Shown here piece by piece: positions 7,137 through 16,791 of a DNA stretch of 45,301 nt; position 1 is the first letter of the stretch, and every line of letters begins with the position of its first letter. The notes beneath the pieces were generated by a model, which did no database searches, was not told the DNA's origin, and saw nothing but the letters and a program-made list of their open reading frames with translations. The position numbers were made by a program, and so were the translations under genes. Source of the DNA: Gammaproteobacteria bacterium (GTDB lineage Bacteria > Pseudomonadota > Gammaproteobacteria > SZUA-229); assembly GCA_022712755.1 (NCBI GenBank), contig JAFLJY010000279.1, positions 1 to 45,301 on the forward strand, written 5' to 3'.

Positions 7137-8822
7137 ATGCCATCAAATAATCAATTCCTGCTCAACAACGAACACCGCTTATTAGGCTTAATGCTGTCCA
7201 GTTTGCTGGCTGCCATTTATCTGGGCGATAGCGACATGATTTCGCTCAGTTTTTTAATTGCGCATTTTGGCTTTTTTCTGCTGTGGCAGCCGGTGGTTAA
7301 AAAGCAGGCGACCTTTAGTACTAAGCAGATTATTACTTTATCGGTTTTAATCTTTGCATTTATTTACTGGTTTAATCCCTGGCTGAATGTTTTCTGGTCT
7401 TTGCTGCTGCTCACCCTGTTAACCGGACGTATTTTTGCTCGCGGCCTTTCCCGTGCGGCTTACGGCTTCGCCGTCATCATTCTGTTTATTCAACTTATAT
7501 TAATTACTACCCCTGAACTGTTTAACCTTAACGCACTTTCATCATCAATGCAGTCAACGTTCAGCATGGTATTAATGCTACTGCCGTTAGCCTTACTGTT
7601 CATGCCGGTAACAGACACTGCCTCAAAGCAGATTGATTTTATTCGTGGATTTTTTGTGGTATTGCTGGTTATCTTTTTATGTATGAGCAGTGTATTAATC
7701 AGTCTAACTGCTAACCAGCCCTACATTGAATCATTAGCCATCAGCGTTTTTATCTTAAGTCTGTTTTTACTGCTAACCGCAGTATTATGGACACCGCGTA
7801 GCGGCTTTGCCGGGTTGGCGCAATTATGGGAAAAATACATTTTGGATATTGGCGGGCCTTTTGAGGAATGGGTGACGCATGTATCAAGCCTGGAAACCAA
7901 CACCAGCCTCAGAGCTGAAAACTTTCTTGCCGCAAGCTTACGCTATCTGATGCAGCAACACTGGATTTGCGGTGTTCATTGGCATACAAAAACAAATGAT
8001 GGTTTTGAAGGTGAAAAATCATCGTATCAGGTTAGTATCAATGATGAAAAACTGAAATTAACGCTGCATACCTATACCCCAGTCGGTCCTTCATTAATGT
8101 TACATGCAAAATTACTACTCAGTGTTTTAACCTTTTACTATCGAGCCAAATTACAGGAACAGCAACTCATTAAACAGGCGCATCTACAGGCTATTCATGA
8201 AACTGGCTCCAAGCTTACTCATGATATGAAAAATATTTTGCAATCGACCCATACCATGACACAAATCATTAATGATGACGACTCACAACTGTCAGAGATT
8301 ATTGATTCGCTAAAAAAACAAATGCCTTTATTAACTCAGCGTCTAAACACGACCCTGGAAAAATTACGAGCACCACAAAAAACAGAGCAGGTAACAAAAA
8401 GTTTAAGCGGCTCATTACTGCAATGGTGGAACCAGCTTCAGCATCGCTACACCGAAGGTCACCTACAGTTTTCCACTGACATAAATAAAGATATAGAAAT
8501 ACCTGTTGATGTTTTTACTACGGTAATTGAAAACCTGCTCGACAACGCCCGCAGTAAACGAAGCAGGGAACCTGAGCTTAAAATAGTGGTGCGACTTGCC
8601 AATAACAATGGACAGTTATGCTTGTCTGTGTGCGATACCGGTAGTGCGATTGACTCACAGATAGCAGAGCAGTTATTTAAAGAAGTAGTTTCGTCGCACG
8701 ATGGTTATGGCATTGGCCTTTACCAGTGTTATGAGCTTGCCAGGAATCATGGCTATGAATTGAGTGTTAAGGACAATATTGACAGGCGTGTTTGTTTTGC
8801 TTTAAAGCAAAAAATAAAATAA
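7137..8822 (+). CDS. Multi-TM sensor histidine kinase (PrsK-like H-box)
   Basis: About seven N-terminal TM segments, H-box LTHDMKNIL, N-box ENLLDNA, DTG, and G-box GYGIGLYQ. Confidence 0.88.
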   Translation: MPSNNQFLLNNEHRLLGLMLSSLLAAIYLGDSDMISLSFLIAHFGFFLLWQPVVKKQATFSTKQIITLSVLIFAFIYWFNPWLNVFWSLLLLTLLTGRIFARGLSRAAYGFAVIILFIQLILITTPELFNLNALSSSMQSTFSMVLMLLPLALLFMPVTDTASKQIDFIRGFFVVLLVIFLCMSSVLISLTANQPYIESLAISVFILSLFLLLTAVLWTPRSGFAGLAQLWEKYILDIGGPFEEWVTHVSSLETNTSLRAENFLAASLRYLMQQHWICGVHWHTKTNDGFEGEKSSYQVSINDEKLKLTLHTYTPVGPSLMLHAKLLLSVLTFYYRAKLQEQQLIKQAHLQAIHETGSKLTHDMKNILQSTHTMTQIINDDDSQLSEIIDSLKKQMPLLTQRLNTTLEKLRAPQKTEQVTKSLSGSLLQWWNQLQHRYTEGHLQFSTDINKDIEIPVDVFTTVIENLLDNARSKRSREPELKIVVRLANNNGQLCLSVCDTGSAIDSQIAEQLFKEVVSSHDGYGIGLYQCYELARNHGYELSVKDNIDRRVCFALKQKIK

Positions 8823-8830
8823 CAAGCTCG

Positions 8831-9634
8831 TCAGGGTAGCTGATCTGCTTCCATCATTCGGCTGTATAAAATATATGGTGAGACCCAGATTATCAGGTCA
8901 TCAAATAATCCAGCTGCTGAATCTGCACTGCTATAACTCTTACTTACAAAGGCATTGCCATCGGTCACGGTGTACGCCAGGTTCTCACCTGCTGAATTTG
9001 CGCTAACGCTTGTTTCACCTGCATTTTCAATCTGATCAGCACTGGACACCACACCTGTTACAAAAGCGCTGCCATCTTTGCCTAATGCCAGTACTACAAA
9101 AGGAGCATTATCAATTAAGGTGGTAGCATTAGTTTCACAATCATCCGTTAAAGTGCTATCACCACTACAGATATGTAAATTCGGGCTTAATAAATCCATA
9201 CCAACATCCTCCATGCCACCAGAGCCAGCTAATGAGGTAAACGCATTCGAGTTACTATCAGTTACGCTGTATCTAATGGGATTGCCCCAAACATCAATAA
9301 GTAAATTATCACGATTATAGGCACCATCTATACCTAATGTTTTACCAGGTATAAAACCATGCTGCCGAGTACAAGTACCACCCACACCAGGATCTTCCTC
9401 CCCATCACTCGTTGCTATTGCGGGGCACGGCAAACGGCCTTTTGCACTGGCAAAACCTAAAAGTGCTGTCTTAATATCTTCAAGTTGGTCTTTTGTATTA
9501 TTTCGCTGTGTGGTTTCAATTCTTTGTGTAAGAGAGCCAATAAAACTACCTAACAATATACCGACAATAACCAAAACCACGGCTATTTCTATTAATGTGA
9601 ATCCCTTTTGTTTTTTTATGTTTTTTATAGACAT
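8831..9634 (-). CDS. Minor pilin/pseudopilin
   Basis: KQKG/FTLIEIAVVLVIVGILL, GRLPCP motif, and DVWGNPIRY. Confidence 0.88.
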   Translation of the reverse strand: MSIKNIKKQKGFTLIEIAVVLVIVGILLGSFIGSLTQRIETTQRNNTKDQLEDIKTALLGFASAKGRLPCPAIATSDGEEDPGVGGTCTRQHGFIPGKTLGIDGAYNRDNLLIDVWGNPIRYSVTDSNSNAFTSLAGSGGMEDVGMDLLSPNLHICSGDSTLTDDCETNATTLIDNAPFVVLALGKDGSAFVTGVVSSADQIENAGETSVSANSAGENLAYTVTDGNAFVSKSYSSADSAAGLFDDLIIWVSPYILYSRMMEADQLP

Positions 9635-11217
9635 TCGGCAACACTCATGTCCGAGTTAATGCAAAACATAATGTCATTACTCGTTAAAACATCTACGGGA
9701 GAATAGTTTTTATCGCCATTGGCATCTGGGAAATTCACGTCATTGTTATTCTCAATATAATTAGCAATATCATCTTTATCATCTACACCATCTATTGCCA
9801 TCGTGCCATCAAGTGGTGGCGCATAACGCTGTTGTGCACCCTGTTTTTCCCCTGAAAAAAAAACAATACCTGCTTTATCACCATTTAACTGAATACAACC
9901 CGCTGTACAATCACTACCCGTATTATCCGGATTATAACTTTTTGAAAGGGCATAAAAAAAATATTCCTTCCAGTTAGACCATAAATTCCAATACTCGCCA
10001 TTTTTATCAGTCAAGTTAATTGTCGTGCCATCAGAAACAAGAAGTGAACTACAAAATCCATATTCAAAAAATCCAGCATAAGGAGTAGGCGATTGTGTCA
10101 GGCTATTACCAATTGTCAAATTGGAATTTAATACTTGATAGGGTAACCTGCCAGCATGCCCATTAGTATCATTGGCATTATCATCATAACTGTAGTTATT
10201 TCTGTATTCATTACCATTCAAATTCATTGCTGCTGGCCAGGGCAGTGATTTTTTTCCCACAGTATTATCATTATCTTTTGCATATTCAGCCAGACACATA
10301 GCCATTGCTTCTGCCAGATTCCTCATTTTATTATTAAACATGGTGCCTGTAATGCTTGCTTTTATCACTTCCCAAAATTCTTGATGGCTAATAGTAATCA
10401 ATCGATCATTCAGTGGATTATTACCGTCCTCTGATCCGGCATAAACTGCGATAAAATCTTCTATGACATTATTAACAGAGGGGTCGATGGCAGCATTATT
10501 GGTACTACCATCATCATCCAGATAGGCAGCAATTAATGTTGCAATATCATTACCATAATAAGAACCACATGTAATCGCCGCATCATTCTCTCTTGTCTGA
10601 CCCTGCAAAGTAGTTTCTGGCGCAATAATAACTACCACTGGGCGATCCTCAGGTAAAGTACCCTGTACCGTTGCACCTGCACTATCAACCACTCTAAATT
10701 GCCCATAACTATCGGGGTTCAATCCAGCAAACGGGCTATTTTTATATGCAGGAGAAACGCCATACAATAAACAATTGCCGCTACTGTCTTTTGTTATATC
10801 AATACCAAGTGTACGCCATGGGAAGTAACCGATGGCATTAGAGTATGCAGTACCACAACTACCATCCTGTTCGCCATCAGGATTATTACTGTTATAATCT
10901 GGACAGGGCAACTTTCCTATTCTTCCAGCATGACTACCATCCGATTGCCACTTTATTAACGCATAATCCAGCAACGCCTGTTTCGCATGTTTAAGCACAG
11001 CCTGTGTGCTTTCAGCCTTATCAACCTTAATCTTAACAATCGAAATAGTAGAAAAATAATAACTGGAAACAGCTATAAAAATGACAACAACCATAACCAG
11101 CAAGGCCAGACCCTGCTGTTTTTTTTTACCTTTTGGTTGATAATTGATATTCACCGCTCGCCTATTTTTTGTACCAGGTTTCACCCGGTTTAAGCTGTTT
11201 TCTTTTACCGTCCACAC
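9625..11217 (-). CDS. Large PilX/GspK-like minor pilin or tip adhesin (true start probably near 11153)
   Basis: QQG/LALLVMVV leader lacking E5, GKLPCPD, GYFPWRTLG, and a Cys- and Asp/Asn-rich body. Confidence 0.7.
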   Translation of the reverse strand: MWTVKENSLNRVKPGTKNRRAVNINYQPKGKKKQQGLALLVMVVVIFIAVSSYYFSTISIVKIKVDKAESTQAVLKHAKQALLDYALIKWQSDGSHAGRIGKLPCPDYNSNNPDGEQDGSCGTAYSNAIGYFPWRTLGIDITKDSSGNCLLYGVSPAYKNSPFAGLNPDSYGQFRVVDSAGATVQGTLPEDRPVVVIIAPETTLQGQTRENDAAITCGSYYGNDIATLIAAYLDDDGSTNNAAIDPSVNNVIEDFIAVYAGSEDGNNPLNDRLITISHQEFWEVIKASITGTMFNNKMRNLAEAMAMCLAEYAKDNDNTVGKKSLPWPAAMNLNGNEYRNNYSYDDNANDTNGHAGRLPYQVLNSNLTIGNSLTQSPTPYAGFFEYGFCSSLLVSDGTTINLTDKNGEYWNLWSNWKEYFFYALSKSYNPDNTGSDCTAGCIQLNGDKAGIVFFSGEKQGAQQRYAPPLDGTMAIDGVDDKDDIANYIENNNDVNFPDANGDKNYSPVDVLTSNDIMFCINSDMSVAECL

Positions 11218-11581
11218 TAACCGTTACTTGCTGGTTTTTACCAACACTGCCATGATGAACTTTTATACTGCCTATGCTTGAACTGTCCAGCGTGTTTTTA
11301 TTATTTATCCACACCACACTTTTACCATCACTGCGCGTCATGAAACCGGTGACTTCTATTTTTTTTGTGCGTTTTTTGGTGACCGTCTGGGTAACAGCCT
11401 GAGTGACTTTACCTGAACGCGCGGCATCAATTAGTGCGCGTTGCTTTTTATCAGTAAAAAGTTTCTGCAAATCAGCCACGTCATATTCTGCATAAGATGC
11501 ATTACTGCAAAGCAAACAAAACAGACCCGCTATAACTAATTTAATTTTTACGGGTTTAATTTTTATTGGTGTGTGTCTCAT
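11162..11581 (-). CDS. Pilus assembly protein (PilP/MshK-like)
   Basis: Signal peptide, KLFTDKKQRALID motif, beta-rich C-terminus, and position in the operon. Confidence 0.6.
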   Translation of the reverse strand: MRHTPIKIKPVKIKLVIAGLFCLLCSNASYAEYDVADLQKLFTDKKQRALIDAARSGKVTQAVTQTVTKKRTKKIEVTGFMTRSDGKSVVWINNKNTLDSSSIGSIKVHHGSVGKNQQVTVSVDGKRKQLKPGETWYKK

Positions 11582-11586
11582 GTTTT

Positions 11587-12231
11587 TTAACGCGAGTTGT
11601 TACGACTGCTATTCGCTTTTGAACTTTTAAAAGTGTACCAGCCAAGCTCACAATAAGCTTTCAGGCTGCTATTAATTATGCCGTTATTAATGTCGACACC
11701 TTCTTTGCTTATTTTTTCTATATTACAGCGCTCTACTGCAAACAGGCCATCTGCCTTTCTCAAATCGTTTAATAAGGCAAACAGGTCACCTTCATGCGCC
11801 ATTTTTGTATCCAGCGTCATGACGCTCTTAAACACATCGATGCCACGGTACTGATTTTTTAAGTTATTTTCATTTAATAGTTTTTGCGCAGAAATGCTGT
11901 ATTTAACCGAAGGCATACCGCGTTCTTTAGCTGTACTCTGAATGGTTTCAAACCAGCTCAGGCGATCTTCAGAACCCACTACGCCCTGCTTAACTAACTT
12001 TAAAAAATTACTCTCAAACTCATCAATAATCTGATTATTTTCTACCGAACTATTTATTTTGCCCTGCCATAAACGCATTGCACGTTTTGCTGCCTGCTCA
12101 TCCTGATAAACATTATCCATATAGGCAAAAGAAACAGATACAACAATTATGCTTAATACCAGCATGACAGTAAAAACGCCAGCTGCACGAATGAATACCG
12201 GGGTCGTATTGTTAGATACGCCGTCAAACAT
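11587..12231 (-). CDS. Pilus assembly protein (PilO/MshJ-like)
   Basis: Single N-terminal TM segment, coiled region, HEGDLFALL motif, and position in the operon. Confidence 0.6.
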   Translation of the reverse strand: MFDGVSNNTTPVFIRAAGVFTVMLVLSIIVVSVSFAYMDNVYQDEQAAKRAMRLWQGKINSSVENNQIIDEFESNFLKLVKQGVVGSEDRLSWFETIQSTAKERGMPSVKYSISAQKLLNENNLKNQYRGIDVFKSVMTLDTKMAHEGDLFALLNDLRKADGLFAVERCNIEKISKEGVDINNGIINSSLKAYCELGWYTFKSSKANSSRNNSR

Positions 12232-13807
12232 GGCCGGGAGCCTTCATGGTTATTTTTAGGCTAAAAAGTCCGGAGGTCTGTTTTTTATTAGCTTGTCTTA
12301 TCTCCACACCAGACTCAGAAGAAAATTTACTCGCTGAGCGAAGATCAACTGGCATCTTTATCACTTCAGCATTATCAACTCGCCCACTGGCTTTTAAGGT
12401 ATCAACGATTGTCTGTATCTGCTTTATTGATTCACGATAATTATGTTCTGGCTGATCGATACGCCCGGTCACTATTGCACTATGTTTAACGGCTAAGCTG
12501 TCAGTAAAGTTTGCTTTGTCTGCATCAAGGGTTTTATCAACAAGGTTTACTGCCTGCCATTCAATTTTGTCTATGTGTACTGCACCCAGTTTTTTTTTGC
12601 TGATAATATGACTTAAACTTATTAAAAAATCCAGCGGCGAAGTCGCACTGTTTGTTTTTATTTGCTGAGCCAGTTCAACTGCTGAATTCATCACCCCGGC
12701 GTTTTCAAAAACTTCTTCAAAATCTTTAAACTTATTCGCATATAACGCCTGATAGTTTTTTTCCTCCTGCACCAATAATACAATGGACTTTTCATATTCC
12801 AGCGCATTAGATAGATTAGATTGCGCGAATAATACAGCGATAATCACCACTAACAAACTTGCCGAATACAGCGCTGTCGCCGCTAATATGTTGTAATAAC
12901 GATTAAAGGACTGCCGCTGTCCGTAATGACTAACGGATAAATGCTGACTCACACATAACCAGGAAAAAATATTATCTGAAAACTTTGTCGTTATGCCTTT
13001 TAAACTTAATTTATTTTGTATGTCTTCGACAGAATGAATAGTAACGGTTTGTTTATTGCCTGACTGCTCATTGTCTTTAAAAAACCGCTGCAATGACTGT
13101 AACTGCTCATTACTACCAAGAATGTGAAGATTTATTATTTCATCGCTAGCAACCAGGTTTTGTACGCGCAAGAATTCTATCGTGCGATTAACTTCTGGTG
13201 CGGCAAACTTACCAATATCAGATATATCGCTTATGTCCTGATTGATGATGGATTGACGACTTGAAATTAATTTGCCGTTTCTAAACAATGTCTGTCTGAC
13301 ATTACTGTTTACCTGTTGACTCACCAGCAAAACAACGCCTGTTGTGGCTTTTAGGGTCTTTAGCAGTTTTTTACTAATAAGAGGTAGCGTCCATATGCCT
13401 GACAGGGGAACTTCACATTCATCCAGCACACTGAGCCATGGTTGAACTATCTGCGGATTGGTCATTGCAGCAATAAACACAATGTCATCTTTTCTTCCAC
13501 TTTTTACTCTTCCTATGATCTCACTATAACAATAATCCTGACTTGAGCGGTAATACCGGTCAATCAATCTGTTAATAACTGATTTTCTATCATTGTGGCC
13601 AACATGGGGTATCTTTTCGTTTCTGAAGTCTTCTTCAATAACATCAACAAGAAATTTCCCGGGAATATTTATCGTTTGTATCAGGTACTGACGGAAACTA
13701 TCCAGCCCGGATCTAGTTGACTCAAAGGAGAAACTTCCCACTAACTCCTTGCCCTTCCAGTGCAGTACAGTTAAACGATAACCGGTAAAATAAAATAATC
13801 GTTTCAT
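12224..13807 (-). CDS. Pilus assembly protein (PilM-PilN fusion-like / GspL/MshI-like)
   Basis: ~300-aa cytoplasmic domain (LVDVIEEDF), one TM segment, and a periplasmic domain; follows the platform gene. Confidence 0.6.
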   Translation of the reverse strand: MKRLFYFTGYRLTVLHWKGKELVGSFSFESTRSGLDSFRQYLIQTINIPGKFLVDVIEEDFRNEKIPHVGHNDRKSVINRLIDRYYRSSQDYCYSEIIGRVKSGRKDDIVFIAAMTNPQIVQPWLSVLDECEVPLSGIWTLPLISKKLLKTLKATTGVVLLVSQQVNSNVRQTLFRNGKLISSRQSIINQDISDISDIGKFAAPEVNRTIEFLRVQNLVASDEIINLHILGSNEQLQSLQRFFKDNEQSGNKQTVTIHSVEDIQNKLSLKGITTKFSDNIFSWLCVSQHLSVSHYGQRQSFNRYYNILAATALYSASLLVVIIAVLFAQSNLSNALEYEKSIVLLVQEEKNYQALYANKFKDFEEVFENAGVMNSAVELAQQIKTNSATSPLDFLISLSHIISKKKLGAVHIDKIEWQAVNLVDKTLDADKANFTDSLAVKHSAIVTGRIDQPEHNYRESIKQIQTIVDTLKASGRVDNAEVIKMPVDLRSASKFSSESGVEIRQANKKQTSGLFSLKITMKAPGHV

Positions 13808-13812
13808 TAGTG

Positions 13813-15021
13813 CTATATTTTCACTCCGGCAACCGCGTCATACACTGGACCCAATACTGCCATCATTATCCACATCATAATGCCGCCCAATATAACGGTA
13901 AGTATTGGCAATATTGCCGGTTCGATTTTATCAATCGATTCTTTCACTTCCCGGTTATAAAAATAACTAACATTCAATAAAGCATCATCCATCGCACCGG
14001 TGTCTTCGCCCACTTTTAACATACGCACAATCATTGATGGGAACACACCAACTGCCTCAAAACTTTTGCTTATGATCGTGCCTTCTGAAATGCTGGCTCT
14101 GGCTTCTTTGATTGAGGCTTCAAGCACCAGGTTATCAACCATATCTTCTGATATTTTTAATGCATCTAACACTGTTATGCCTGCGCTATACATCATGGCA
14201 AAGTAATTAGCGAACCGTGCCAGTTTTATTTTTGTCATTAAGGGGCCAAAAATCCAAAAATTTAACTTTAGCCCGTCAAAATAATATTTAACCCGACTGT
14301 TGTTTTTTGCCAGCATTTTTAAACCAAATATCAGTACAAAAGGCAGGCTAAAAATTATGTACCAGTAGTCTACAAATATGTCTGAGACCACAATAAGAAC
14401 TTTTGTGTGCGTTGGAATTTCTGTACCCAGGTTTTTAATAAACGGCAACATCTGCGGCATTAAATACATCATTAAAAAAGAAACCACCAGCAAAACAATG
14501 ACAGAGACAATTGCCGGATATATCATTATTTTTTTTGTCTGTGAAACCAGCTCGTCCTGCCAGCGTATGGTTTCAGCAAGGTCGTTTAATACCACCGCTA
14601 ATTGTCCTGTCTCCTCACCAACGCGAACCAGGGTGACATACACTTTATCGAATATTTCCGGATGTTCGGCCAGTGCTAATGACAAAGTTTTACCGCCTTC
14701 AATATCATCAATAACGGTTTGTAACACATCGGTAAAATGACTGTATTCAATGCTGTCGCGAATATCTTTCAAACTGTCAATTAATGGTACGCCTGATTTT
14801 ATTAGTTGCTCTATATGAAAGGTAAAGTTGATCAACTCTCGCCGGCTGATACTTTTGCTGCGAAAACTTATTTTTGCCGCTTTATGTTGTTCTTTATAAC
14901 TTAATAAATCAAAACCCATGGTGCTCAGGCGTTTTTCCAGCTCCATGGGGTTACTTGCAACCATAGTATCGTTGCGAATTTTGCCTTTAGCATCAATCGT
15001 TCTGAATTTATAATCTGGCAC
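13813..15021 (-). CDS. Inner-membrane platform protein, GspF/PilC/MshG family
   Basis: Two T2SSF repeats (VGEETGQL, VGEDTGAM), YP and IEP motifs, and three TM segments. Confidence 0.93.
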   Translation of the reverse strand: MPDYKFRTIDAKGKIRNDTMVASNPMELEKRLSTMGFDLLSYKEQHKAAKISFRSKSISRRELINFTFHIEQLIKSGVPLIDSLKDIRDSIEYSHFTDVLQTVIDDIEGGKTLSLALAEHPEIFDKVYVTLVRVGEETGQLAVVLNDLAETIRWQDELVSQTKKIMIYPAIVSVIVLLVVSFLMMYLMPQMLPFIKNLGTEIPTHTKVLIVVSDIFVDYWYIIFSLPFVLIFGLKMLAKNNSRVKYYFDGLKLNFWIFGPLMTKIKLARFANYFAMMYSAGITVLDALKISEDMVDNLVLEASIKEARASISEGTIISKSFEAVGVFPSMIVRMLKVGEDTGAMDDALLNVSYFYNREVKESIDKIEPAILPILTVILGGIMMWIMMAVLGPVYDAVAGVKI

Positions 15022-15063
15022 GGGGCTTTCCTAAATAGGACTTTCCTAAGTAATGCATCCCAA

Positions 15064-16791
15064 TCACATTAATCGCTGTGTTAAATCAATGACGCGGGTG
15101 ACTTCAGTTAATGATGTCCTGCCCTCAAGTACACAACGAACCGCATCATCTGCCAGTGTTTTATAACCGGTTTTTTTTGCGGTCGCTCTTAACTCACCCA
15201 GGGTCGCTCGTTTTGCAATTTGTTCATCCAGTTCATCATTAATTCTTAGTGCTTCAATAATGGCGACTCGACCTTTGTAACCGGTATTGTCACAATGTTT
15301 GCAACCAGCAGATTCATATATACGATGTTTCCTGCTTTCTATTTCGCTGTCAATTTCAATGCCAAGTAGTTTGCTTTCTACCTCGTCGGGAATCGATTTT
15401 ACTTTGCATTTTGCACACAGTAATCGAATTAGACGTTGGCTAATCACGCCAATAATGTTACCGGTCATAATATCGGGCAAGATACCAATATCAAGCAATC
15501 GTGGAAATGTACCAATGGCTGAATTGGTATGCAGTGTGGAAAGCACCTGATGCCCCGTCATGGCTGCACGAAACGCCATGTCTGCAGTATCTTCATCGCG
15601 TATCTCACCGATAAGAATAATATCCGGATCCTGGCGCATCATGGAGCGAATGCCGTTGGCAAAATCCATGCGGGCAACTTCATTAACTGAGGTTTGCCGG
15701 ATCATATCCATTGGGTATTCCACAGGGTCTTCCAGCGTCATGATGTTCACCTGCTCTGACTTCACATAATTTAATAGTGAATAAAGGGTGGTGGTTTTAC
15801 CACTTCCTGTCGGCCCGGTAACCAGAATAATGCCCTCTGGCCTTGCCATCATCATTTTTAAGTCATTTAGGGTGTCTTCATGAATACCCAGCTGATCCAT
15901 CGGCACGATGCCTTTAGCACGATCAAGCACCCGTAAAACGATATTTTCACCATGGGTTGTTGGTTGTGCAGAGACTCGAAAATCGACCCTGTGCCCCTGC
16001 ACCTGCAAACTTAAACGCCCATCCTGCGGTATGCGGGTTTCTGCAATATTCATTTTGCACATGACTTTTAAGCGCACCACAATAGCCGACCAATAGTCTT
16101 TATGTAAGCTGCGAATTTGTCTTAGCACACCATCAATGCGGTAACGCAGACGCAGGAAACCTTCCTCAGGTTCAAAATGAATATCCGATGCTTCTCGTTT
16201 TACCGCGTCGGCTAAAATTGCATCCACCAGACGCACTAGTGGCTGGCTGTACTCATCTTCCGTTGCATCAAGGCTGTGGTAATCAATTTCCCCGGTTTCG
16301 ATTTCATGCAATATGCCGTCAACCGATAATTCGTATCCATAAAACTGGTCAACCGCTTTTTTAATCTCACTCTCACTTGCCACCATGGGGATAATTTCAA
16401 TTTTTCGCCCAACCAGTGCATGCACTCTATCGAGTATTATTAAGTCAGAGGCGTTTTTCATCGCAATGCTTAATTGTTTGCGTGCTTCATCAAAACTTAC
16501 CGGTACGATGGTGTAACGTACAGCTGTTTCTTTTTTAATCAGGTCTATTGCTATTTTATCGGGAATCATACTGCTCAGATCGACACTGGCTATGCCCAAC
16601 ACCTGACTAATCGCATCACGCATAACGGATTCAGAAACAAATCCTAATGTAACCAGCACCTCACCTAGCAGGCGGTGTTTCTTTTTTTGCTCGGTTAAAG
16701 CAATATCAAGCTGGTCTATCGATATTAAACCCTTGTCCAGCAATTGCTGGCCCAGCTTTTTTTTCACATTAATTATGGCAGGTGCTTTCAT
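15064..16791 (-). CDS. Assembly ATPase, GspE/PilB/MshE family
   Basis: MshEN-like N-terminus, ASDIHFEP, GPTGSGKTTTLY, RQDPDIILIGEIRD, and a tetracysteine Zn motif. Confidence 0.95.
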   Translation of the reverse strand: MKAPAIINVKKKLGQQLLDKGLISIDQLDIALTEQKKKHRLLGEVLVTLGFVSESVMRDAISQVLGIASVDLSSMIPDKIAIDLIKKETAVRYTIVPVSFDEARKQLSIAMKNASDLIILDRVHALVGRKIEIIPMVASESEIKKAVDQFYGYELSVDGILHEIETGEIDYHSLDATEDEYSQPLVRLVDAILADAVKREASDIHFEPEEGFLRLRYRIDGVLRQIRSLHKDYWSAIVVRLKVMCKMNIAETRIPQDGRLSLQVQGHRVDFRVSAQPTTHGENIVLRVLDRAKGIVPMDQLGIHEDTLNDLKMMMARPEGIILVTGPTGSGKTTTLYSLLNYVKSEQVNIMTLEDPVEYPMDMIRQTSVNEVARMDFANGIRSMMRQDPDIILIGEIRDEDTADMAFRAAMTGHQVLSTLHTNSAIGTFPRLLDIGILPDIMTGNIIGVISQRLIRLLCAKCKVKSIPDEVESKLLGIEIDSEIESRKHRIYESAGCKHCDNTGYKGRVAIIEALRINDELDEQIAKRATLGELRATAKKTGYKTLADDAVRCVLEGRTSLTEVTRVIDLTQRLM

